This document shows, one piece after another, positions 18,414-25,947 of a DNA stretch of 46,605 nt. Made by a program: the position numbers and the translations under genes. Location: the NCBI GenBank assembly GCA_964473825.1, contig CAYYQL010000009.1, positions 33,499 through 80,103 on the forward strand, given 5' to 3'. This DNA comes from an uncultured archaeon. GTDB lineage: Archaea; Asgardarchaeota; Thorarchaeia; Thorarchaeales; Thorarchaeaceae. Under the pieces are notes generated by a model. That model searched no databases. It saw nothing but the letters and a program-made list of their open reading frames with translations, and was not told the DNA's origin. How positions within the stretch are numbered: the first letter of the stretch is position 1; each line of letters starts with the position of its first letter.

Positions 18414-19484
18414 ATGATGGAGTCGCCCCTTTCAGACACCAGCGAAGAAGACCCGAAGAACACATCCAAGATTAAGAGCTATCTACAGCTCATCAGACCA
18501 CCCTTTCTCGTTGCAACTTCTCTCTCCATGATTCTCGGGACGACCATAGCCTGGGTAAGGACTATGTCATATGACCCCTTGCTCTTCGCCATGACTGTCA
18601 CTGCAGGAGTACTGATACATGCGGGGACAAACGCAAGCAATGACTACTTTGATCACCTGAGTGGAAATGATGATGTAAATCAGGACTTTGTGGCTCCATA
18701 CACTGGAGGGAGTCGGATGATTCAACTTGGCAGGGTCAGCCCCTATGAGGTCCTGGCACTCTCACTGTCTTTGCTCGCCGGGGCCATCTTCCTTGGCGCG
18801 ATTCTGGCATCACTGAAGGGATACTTCATCCTCATTCTCGGGGTCATCGGTGTCTTCTCCGGGTTCTGCTATGCAGCTCCACCTGTTCGTCTGGCCAGTA
18901 GAGGAATTGGCGAACTATTGGTTGGGTTGAACTTCGGAGTTCTTCTTGTTCTCGGGGCCTACTACATTCAGACCGATTCGGTTGCCATCGAACCAATACT
19001 AGCATCCATACCCATCGCAACAACGATAACGGCCGTCTTGTGGATCAACGAATTCCCGGATTTTGCAGCGGACAAAGCTGTGGGAAAAGACACACTCGTT
19101 GTCAGGCTTGGAACGAAGAGAGCAAGCCGAGCATACATCGGCCTAGTCTTTTCTGCCTATCTATTGACTGTTCTCGCTACTCTTGGTGGAGCAATAGCGC
19201 CCACCGCACTCCTAGCACTCTCCACATCACCTCTTGGAATCGTGGCCGCCTACACTGCCAACAAGTTCCATGACACTCCATCTAGATTGGCCCTCTCGTG
19301 TAGTGCAACTGTCGTCATGCACCTTTTGTTCGTCACTTCTCTTGTCATCGGCTATCTGCTGCTTGGACTTGGAACTGATTGGCTTGTTTTTGTCATATGC
19401 TTCGCGTTCATGACTGCAACATCTCTATTGATAGTGCTGCGAATCCACCAACGTTCAGCCACGACAAGATCAAGTGGCCCTTAA
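18414..19484 (+). CDS. menA: 1,4-dihydroxy-2-naphthoate polyprenyltransferase (MenA/UBIAD1 family)
   Basis: IRPPFL, NASNDYFD...GND, GGSR, YAAPP..LASRGIGE, NEFPDFAADKAVGKDTLVVRLG. Confidence 0.82.
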   Translation: MMESPLSDTSEEDPKNTSKIKSYLQLIRPPFLVATSLSMILGTTIAWVRTMSYDPLLFAMTVTAGVLIHAGTNASNDYFDHLSGNDDVNQDFVAPYTGGSRMIQLGRVSPYEVLALSLSLLAGAIFLGAILASLKGYFILILGVIGVFSGFCYAAPPVRLASRGIGELLVGLNFGVLLVLGAYYIQTDSVAIEPILASIPIATTITAVLWINEFPDFAADKAVGKDTLVVRLGTKRASRAYIGLVFSAYLLTVLATLGGAIAPTALLALSTSPLGIVAAYTANKFHDTPSRLALSCSATVVMHLLFVTSLVIGYLLLGLGTDWLVFVICFAFMTATSLLIVLRIHQRSATTRSSGP

Positions 19485-19554
19485 ATCGAGGGCTTCTAAC
19501 AAGAAAATGATACTGGCTCACGGTATCACGCCTCGAAATCAGAACGTCTGCTCA

Positions 19555-19589
19555 GCCGGTAGCAACCTCTCTGCTGCCGGCACCTTTTC
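19555..19589 (+). terminator. GC-rich hairpin followed by a short T tract downstream of menA; possible terminator
   Basis: GCCGGTAGCA (19555-19564) pairs with TGCTGCCGGC (19572-19581) with one G-U pair, followed by ACCTTTTC. Confidence 0.4.
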
Positions 19590-19709
19590 AAAAAGCTGAA
19601 ATACTTCTCTCAGTGGGCATCCACAATGCTCTGGACAGCAGCAAAAGTATGATAAGATATTCAACCCTAGTATTATATAGGTTCGCGCGTTCAAGGAATG
19701 GTGGATTAA

Positions 19710-20507
19710 ATGTCATGGCGTCTTCTTGAGGAGGACAGTACCGATGTGTACTGGAATCTTGCTCTAGAGGAGGCTATAGCCAAGACCAATGCCGAACGAG
19801 AATCTAAGATAAACACACTGAGATTCTGGCGATCCACAGATGCCGTAGTTATGGGAAGATTGCAGTGCCTGCACAGAGAGGTTAACATTGCGTACTGTCA
19901 GCGAAACAGCATAGACATGGCACGGCGATTTACTGGCGGAGGCACCGTCTTCCATGACCTTGGAAATCTGAATTTTGCAATCTGTGTGGATCAAAGGAAA
20001 CCCTACGCGTTCAAGACCCTCCGCGAGCTCTATTGGAACTACATAGGGTTCATCGCACAGGGCCTTCGTGCAATAGGCATCAATGCAGCTTATGATGAGA
20101 GAGGGGCGTGCATACGAATTGCAGGATCCAAGATAACTGGGACTGCAGGCTGGGTCAAACATGGGGTCTCGTTCATCCATGGTACTCTCCTTATCGAGTC
20201 TGACTTGGATCGACTTCGAAAATCACTCCGGGTTCCACCAGATCAGCCGAAGTACTTCCGGGACAAAAGGCGAGTCCGATGCATGGAAAGCAAGAGAGAC
20301 AAAGTCAATAGTATCGCACGTGCCGTCAGCAACAGACCTTCCGATGGTGCAATCAAGAAAGCAATTATCACAAGCATCGAGTCTCTAACGAACTGTAGAG
20401 TGGAACCGGGAAATGTGACTGAGAACGAGATAGAAACTGCAGAGGTTTTATATCGGCAACGGTACAGTCAGCCGGAATGGAACATGGGCTATCCAGCCGA
20501 TGAATAG
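19710..20507 (+). CDS. lplA: Lipoate-protein ligase A family, catalytic domain only
   Basis: WNLALEEAI, LRFW, RRFTGGGTVFHDLGNLNF, KITG, HGTLL, YSQPEWN. Confidence 0.88.
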   Translation: MSWRLLEEDSTDVYWNLALEEAIAKTNAERESKINTLRFWRSTDAVVMGRLQCLHREVNIAYCQRNSIDMARRFTGGGTVFHDLGNLNFAICVDQRKPYAFKTLRELYWNYIGFIAQGLRAIGINAAYDERGACIRIAGSKITGTAGWVKHGVSFIHGTLLIESDLDRLRKSLRVPPDQPKYFRDKRRVRCMESKRDKVNSIARAVSNRPSDGAIKKAIITSIESLTNCRVEPGNVTENEIETAEVLYRQRYSQPEWNMGYPADE

Positions 20508-20533
20508 AGTATGGATAGGAGCCTTGCCGCACA

Positions 20534-20884
20534 ATGACTGAAGACATTGAGAAGACTCTCAGGAGTTTCATGAAGCATTTTGGTGCCCTGAATAGAGATA
20601 TCCCCGATACACGCAACGCGTTTAGTGATCTTCTGAAGACGGTTCATCGAGATGGTGCACTCAGTGCGAAGATCAAAGAGATGATGTGCATAGTAGCATC
20701 GATTCTCGCACCATGCGAATCTTGCATGGTCTATCACACAAAGAAGGCTCTCGATGCAGGAGCCTCTAGGGAAGAAATCATGGAGGGCTGTGCGGTAGCC
20801 ATAGTCATGGGTGGGGGACCAGCTGCGGCCCACATTGCTACAATCCAGGATGCTCTCGATGAGTGGGCACCACGGAAGAAATAG
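20534..20884 (+). CDS. Carboxymuconolactone decarboxylase / AhpD family protein
   Basis: GALSAKIKEM, CESCMVYH (CxxC..H), GASREEIME, MGGGPA. Confidence 0.88.
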   Translation: MTEDIEKTLRSFMKHFGALNRDIPDTRNAFSDLLKTVHRDGALSAKIKEMMCIVASILAPCESCMVYHTKKALDAGASREEIMEGCAVAIVMGGGPAAAHIATIQDALDEWAPRKK

Positions 20885-20892
20885 TCACAGAC

Positions 20893-21936
20893 CTAGGCCA
20901 AGTCTGTGAACAGCACTTTGATAGCCTTCTGTGATTCCATTAGCTCAAAACCCTTCTTCCACTCGTCTAGGGAGATTCTATGAGTTATGAGGGGCTTTAC
21001 ATCGATGCGCTTCGAAGCCATCATGCGGAGAGTTGTCACCCATGTAGATGGGATAGTGCCCCATGTGCCGAGAACATGCAGTTCCTTTGTCACTATCAGA
21101 TCCAAATCAACAGTGATTGGTTTACCCTGAATGCCAATCAATGCAATCTGACCTGTTGTCTTAACAAACTCAAACGCCTGCTTGCGCGCAGCTCCAGAGC
21201 CAGATGCCTCGACCACAACATCAGCACCGATGCCGTCGGTAACATCATTCACTATCTGTACAGCATCAGTCTCCTTCTGAACATCTATTGTCATATCCGC
21301 GCCGACTTCTCTGGCGATTTCCATTCTCCATTCGTCAGCGGTGATACCCGTTACTATCACTTGTGCTGCGCCCATGGCTTTAACAACCTGTACGGCGACT
21401 AGACCAGTAGTTCCAGGACCCTGAACGACAACAACATCTCCCGGAGTAACCTTCGTACATTCGGCGATGGTGTGAACAACGCATGCAGTTGGTTCTGCGA
21501 GTGCTGCCTCCTCCATCGAAACTCCGTCGGGAATCTGGTGTACTATGTATTCTGGAACAACCAAGTACTTAGCAAAGGCACCGTTGGCCAGTGAAACACC
21601 AAGAATCTGTTTTTCCTCAGCAGTGCATCTGTTGACATGGCCTGTTCTGCATTGACAACATCTGCCGCAATATGCAGTGGCCGGCGAAACGACCTTATCA
21701 CCCACCTCGAGACCACAGACATCGGGGCCAGTATCCACAATGGTACCGGAGTACTCATGGCCAAGGACAACGGGCGGCGTATAAAAGGCAGTGTCATGTT
21801 TGATATGGACATCAGAGCCGCATATGCCCGCCGCGGATACCTCGACCAGTACTTGCCCGGGACCAGGGACGGGTTCTTCAATATCCACCAGTTCGAGATT
21901 GCCGGGTCCCTTCTTTGTCTTCATAAGTCCCTTCAA
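20893..21936 (-). CDS. Zinc-dependent medium-chain dehydrogenase (threonine/sorbitol/butanediol DH-like)
   Basis: GICGSDVH, LGHE, structural Zn site CGRCCQC...C, GPGTTG. Probable start TTG 21936 with SD GAGGT. Confidence 0.9.
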   Translation of the reverse strand: MKGLMKTKKGPGNLELVDIEEPVPGPGQVLVEVSAAGICGSDVHIKHDTAFYTPPVVLGHEYSGTIVDTGPDVCGLEVGDKVVSPATAYCGRCCQCRTGHVNRCTAEEKQILGVSLANGAFAKYLVVPEYIVHQIPDGVSMEEAALAEPTACVVHTIAECTKVTPGDVVVVQGPGTTGLVAVQVVKAMGAAQVIVTGITADEWRMEIAREVGADMTIDVQKETDAVQIVNDVTDGIGADVVVEASGSGAARKQAFEFVKTTGQIALIGIQGKPITVDLDLIVTKELHVLGTWGTIPSTWVTTLRMMASKRIDVKPLITHRISLDEWKKGFELMESQKAIKVLFTDLA

Positions 21937-22001
21937 CGGTAAAGACCTCAAGTCTCGCTTGTGGGACTCGTTATAGAATGTTGTGGCGAGAGAACAAAAA
22001 A

Positions 22002-22289
22002 CTAAGAAGTTTCGGCTGCGATTGCTCTGAGGAATGAGGGGGGTTCGGAACCCTGATCAACAGGACGAACTCGAAAGTCCATTCCCCGTTCAGCTCTGAT
22101 GGAGGCCGCGTTTCGGGCGCCCACAAACTTCCTTCTCACGTGTGCATCCCGACCATGCCAGAGAAAGACATTCTTGCCGACCTCATCAATGACGCAATAT
22201 ACCTTATCACTTTGAAGCCTCTCCGGCTTGAGATTCACTTCACGTGATGAACCGTCATCGAGCATTTCGTAGCCATGAACCATTGTCAT
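22002..22289 (-). CDS. Single-domain gelsolin-like protein
   Basis: LQSDKVYCVID...VFLWHGRDA..RRK..GA..A..I...VDQGSEPPSF matches the gelsolin repeat pattern (L.S.D.FILD...IF.W.G...EG.E...F). Confidence 0.8.
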   Translation of the reverse strand: MTMVHGYEMLDDGSSREVNLKPERLQSDKVYCVIDEVGKNVFLWHGRDAHVRRKFVGARNAASIRAERGMDFRVRPVDQGSEPPSFLRAIAAETS

Positions 22290-22355
22290 ACATCCCTTGA
22301 AGATAGTTGCTCTTCTATGAATCGTGATATTATGTGTGTAATACTTTCCAGACGA

Positions 22356-22709
22356 TCAGACAGGTTCGAACTTGGCCCTGACAGTAGCCCCACAGTAGTT
22401 GCAGCTAGCCTCCAGGGGGCCAACCCAGTCAATGCTTTCTTGGTTCAGTGCTGCACCACATGATGGGCATTTGCCGGGCAGTCGCACCGTTCTCAAATCC
22501 GCACCATCAGACCTGCCATGTTGATATCGGTCAGGAATTGCATACGAGGGGGCCTGCGTCGTGAAACCCTTCGCGACATCTGCACCAGACTGGCACGCTT
22601 TGATCATGAATATTATTACTATGATGAAGATGAAAAAGGGCACTATCATGAACAGCATACCAAATCTCCAGAATATATCGAAGAACGGGTCAAACGGCCA
22701 GAATTGCAT
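22356..22709 (-). CDS. Single-pass membrane protein with a C-terminal zinc ribbon
   Basis: Hydrophobic FGMLFMIVPFFIFIIVIIFMI followed by CPSCGA...CNYCGA. Start moved to ATG 22709. Confidence 0.7.
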   Translation of the reverse strand: MQFWPFDPFFDIFWRFGMLFMIVPFFIFIIVIIFMIKACQSGADVAKGFTTQAPSYAIPDRYQHGRSDGADLRTVRLPGKCPSCGAALNQESIDWVGPLEASCNYCGATVRAKFEPV

Positions 22710-22912
22710 CTTTGGTACTCCCTGTCTGGTTCTGCTCTTGAACGTTGAAAGAGGCCTTATTACGTTTGCGAGGAAGGAAGTAGTTATGAGACTCGAAGAG
22801 TCCCTCTCGCGTCTGTTCAGCCAACTCAGGAGGAATACTTGACTCTTCGCAATGTATAAATGCCCTGTAAGAGCTTGGTGAAGAGACAGCCCTTTGGAGG
22901 CAGAGAACCAAG

Positions 22913-23272
22913 ATGCAGATTCCAGCATTTCTTCTACGAAAACTGTACGTGAAAGGAAGCCTAGAGAACGCCGACGACGGCTTCATGTTCAAAATCAAGA
23001 ACTCCCTTTCTCCCGGTACATCTATTGGGATGGACCCCATTAAGGTCGATGACAATGAATATCCGCTTGATTCAACCATCATCAAGTCTGGTGATGTTGA
23101 GATCACGGCTAGCGAGATTTCAGAGGACAATCCGTTCCCAATCAAGGTTGGCGTCGAGGTCATCATCCATGTGAAAGGCGACGAGCTTGAAGAAGGAGAA
23201 CACAAGATCGACATTGCCCTCAAGACAAAGGAAGCCGGCACCTTGGCTTTCGATGTCAAAGATGCACTGTAG
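22913..23272 (+). CDS. Hypothetical acidic beta-rich protein (LYVKGSL...GF.F.IKN pattern)
   Basis: Coherent ORF with SD GGAGG; alternating hydrophobic strands suggest an Ig-like sandwich. Function unknown. Confidence 0.75.
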   Translation: MQIPAFLLRKLYVKGSLENADDGFMFKIKNSLSPGTSIGMDPIKVDDNEYPLDSTIIKSGDVEITASEISEDNPFPIKVGVEVIIHVKGDELEEGEHKIDIALKTKEAGTLAFDVKDAL

Positions 23273-23406
23273 TAAGACAAGATGTAAGAGAGTGATGCCA
23301 TGGCGTATCGCTCTCTAGACACCTTTTTCTAGGCCACTGATGGCACCATACTGGTTGACGCAATAGTTTTCAGCAGAGAAACCACACACTAAACTGGTCG
23401 TGCACC

Positions 23407-24318
23407 ATGTATGTAAAGATAAGAACCGACGGAGCCGTTGGAATAGGAAGAGCGACAGAAGGAACTGCTGAGATAGCAATCGGCTATGGAGAAGCGCACA
23501 TGATTGCGGCAGCCCTCGAAAAGCTCGCCCAGACAGCACGTGACTATAAGCAGGTCTACAAGAAGACCACAGATGTGGGGGCGGGAAACAAAATCGAGTT
23601 CGAGAGGTATGAAGACGGTAGGATAAGCATCGCGGGAGACAAGAATGCCTATTATTGCACCGAACAAGAGATACGGGAGCTTGCTAAGCTTCTGAAGAGC
23701 TTGCCACCAGTCCAAGTTGCACCACCTTCAGACTATGTGGACAAGACAGGACCTGAAGATTCAATCTGCCTTATAGTGAAGAATGGAGGATCTTCTGCAG
23801 GACTGAAGATTAACGAAGCAGCATTGCTGAAGACTGCCGTAGTCAATAGCCTGGATAGCAGGTACTTCAACGAGCACTTGGTGGTGGCAGGACGAGATCT
23901 CATCGTAGACCGCAGCAGTGATCTGAAATGGAAACTGGAGGTCGCACAGACGCCAGTCAAGTTTACCGCGTATGAGGTTGAGGCACTTGTAGCCGGCCTG
24001 CATAACGGAATCTTGGATGTTCTGATGGACTTCGTCAAATCAATGGGCTCGGACGATATTGCAGACATTCGAGTCAAGAGCCATATCCAAAGAATCGAAG
24101 AAGAGGTCCAGAAAATCATGCGTGAACACAGGGACACAAAGAAGGTGCGAAAGAATCTATCCAATATGGCGAAGGAGATATTGGGAGGAGGCCAAGATGC
24201 AGACTCGCGAACAAACACCTTCATCAAGATGTGCAAGTATGTCTATGGTGATATCGAACGAGAGTTCGTGGATCCCCTGATGAATCTCCTCGCGGAGGCT
24301 TTCGTGGTAGAGAGCTAG
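23407..24318 (+). CDS. Hypothetical protein with internal strand-strand-helix repeats and a helical C-terminus
   Basis: Long ORF with typical composition and no recognised catalytic motif. Confidence 0.8.
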   Translation: MYVKIRTDGAVGIGRATEGTAEIAIGYGEAHMIAAALEKLAQTARDYKQVYKKTTDVGAGNKIEFERYEDGRISIAGDKNAYYCTEQEIRELAKLLKSLPPVQVAPPSDYVDKTGPEDSICLIVKNGGSSAGLKINEAALLKTAVVNSLDSRYFNEHLVVAGRDLIVDRSSDLKWKLEVAQTPVKFTAYEVEALVAGLHNGILDVLMDFVKSMGSDDIADIRVKSHIQRIEEEVQKIMREHRDTKKVRKNLSNMAKEILGGGQDADSRTNTFIKMCKYVYGDIEREFVDPLMNLLAEAFVVES

Positions 24319-24340
24319 AAGGGCGATTGGCACAACGCTT

Positions 24341-25252
24341 ATGATACTCTCAGATTCACACAGGCGGCATCAAGGGGTTAGAAAACTGCCCGATCATAAC
24401 TATGCAAAACAGCTGGCAATGCGGTGGGGTATGAGAGCTCCGACGCAGCTTATCAAGATGCTAAGGTTGCATAGAACACCTTTCGAAACACTGCTTCACA
24501 ACATCTTTAATGCACTAGACCCCTATGATGCTTCATTTGCCTTTCCAACCGTTGCAGCAGTCGCATCGATGCGGCCCCATCTCGTGAAGGAAATTGTCCA
24601 AGAAGGGCACGAAGTCGCAAGTCACGGATACAACCATGTTCGTTACCCGCATCTATCGGCCAAGAATCGAGAACGCGACTTCATGAGAAGCCTCGAAACA
24701 TTCGATAAGATGGGCATCGAAATCCAAGGTTTCAGAGCGCCTTATGACAACTACACTGAGGATATGCCTGGGCTGCTTGAGAAGTACAACATCACTTGGG
24801 ACGGCGGCTTTGGCTATCGTCCTGAGCATAGGGAAAAGAATCACTTCTTCAGAGTCGCTCTTGATGGAAAGATGTCGGATGTCACCTACATTCCTTTGAG
24901 CATCTGGAGTGACGACCGGATGATTGACACACTTGAAATGCAGCCGACTGAAATGACTGAACAACTCAAGCATGAGATTCATACAGCTAAGAGGAATCGG
25001 GGAGTATTGATGTTCGACCTTCATCCTATTAGGATTGGTCAGCCCGACTATGTGCAATGCCTTCAAGATATAGCGGAATTCGCACATGGGTTGGGGGCCT
25101 GGATTCCTACACCTAGTGAGGCTGTGACCTACTGGAACCGGCACAGTAGATGGAGAGGAGACGCGGAATTCTGCCTGTTACTCACGGGTGACATTGATAA
25201 CTGGGTCTTCGCAGATTATCTACGTAGACAGATTTGGCGATGGATAGGATAG
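24341..25252 (+). CDS. Polysaccharide deacetylase family (CE4/NodB-like); start uncertain
   Basis: GHEVASHGYNH, GFRAPY, FDLHP, and an LTGDID motif at the C-terminus. Confidence 0.82.
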   Translation: MILSDSHRRHQGVRKLPDHNYAKQLAMRWGMRAPTQLIKMLRLHRTPFETLLHNIFNALDPYDASFAFPTVAAVASMRPHLVKEIVQEGHEVASHGYNHVRYPHLSAKNRERDFMRSLETFDKMGIEIQGFRAPYDNYTEDMPGLLEKYNITWDGGFGYRPEHREKNHFFRVALDGKMSDVTYIPLSIWSDDRMIDTLEMQPTEMTEQLKHEIHTAKRNRGVLMFDLHPIRIGQPDYVQCLQDIAEFAHGLGAWIPTPSEAVTYWNRHSRWRGDAEFCLLLTGDIDNWVFADYLRRQIWRWIG

Positions 25253-25259
25253 TGAACAT

Positions 25260-25709
25260 ATGGGTAAACTTCTTGGACGGTTACTGAGAGTTCTTGCATG
25301 GTTGTCACCAATCTATCAGTTCAGAGCCTCTGCACACAGGAAGTGCGGAGTCAAGATTGGTAAAGGAGTATTCATGGGCTATCTCGTGCAGATAGACAGT
25401 GAGCACCCGGATTTGGTCGAGATAGGAGATTGGGTTGCAATAGGTCCAGGTGTGAAGATCATGGCCCACGGAGGAGCGAGTGCATACCATCAAAAAATGG
25501 GTCTGTTCGAGGAGAAGCCAAATAAGGTGACCATCGAAGACGGTGCATGGATAGCAACAGGAGCTATCATCTTGCCGGGGGTTACAGTAGGTCGCGGAGC
25601 AGTGGTGGCAGCAGGTTCAGTCGTCAGCAGAGACGTACCACCCATGACAATGGTCGCAGGAAACCCAGCCAGGATGCTTCAGAAACTGGAGTCCAAAGCA
25701 ACTAAGTAG
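25260..25709 (+). CDS. Hexapeptide-repeat (LbH) O-acyltransferase
   Basis: GVKIGKGVF, VEIGDWVAIGPGV, VTIEDGAWIATGAIILPGVTVGRGAVVAAGSVVSRDVP...AGNPAR. Confidence 0.9.
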   Translation: MGKLLGRLLRVLAWLSPIYQFRASAHRKCGVKIGKGVFMGYLVQIDSEHPDLVEIGDWVAIGPGVKIMAHGGASAYHQKMGLFEEKPNKVTIEDGAWIATGAIILPGVTVGRGAVVAAGSVVSRDVPPMTMVAGNPARMLQKLESKATK

Positions 25710-25947
25710 CGAGTTTTCGGCGAAGAGCAGCCTTAACGTCGCCAACAGTCCACATCTCAACAACCTCTTCATCTTCGAAGAAGATATCAAACTCATTCTC
25801 TATCTCACTAACAAGAAGAAGATGTGCCATCGAATCCCATGGTTCATACTCTTTTCGTCTGATGTCATCAGATAGCTCCTCGGGTTCGATAAGCAGCACC
25901 TTAACCAAGATATCCGTAAGGCGTTCCTCGCTGTCAGCCATCTTCAT
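25702..25947 (-). CDS. Acyl carrier protein
   Basis: About 80 aa, very acidic, with phosphopantetheine site WDSMAHLLLVSEIENEFDI and TVGDV. Start is ATG 25947 (ATGA overlap with fkbH) or 25941. Confidence 0.9.
   Translation of the reverse strand: MKMADSEERLTDILVKVLLIEPEELSDDIRRKEYEPWDSMAHLLLVSEIENEFDIFFEDEEVVEMWTVGDVKAALRRKLAT

Noticed and set aside
19500-19536. ATGA-containing hairpin as a SECIS element
   Set aside because: There is no matching 3' GA for the kink-turn quartet, no apical AA, and no upstream gene with an in-frame TGA.
22913-23272. HMG-CoA reductase label that I recall being attached to similar small proteins
   Set aside because: At 119 aa it is far too short and has no HMGR catalytic motifs, so it is left as hypothetical.
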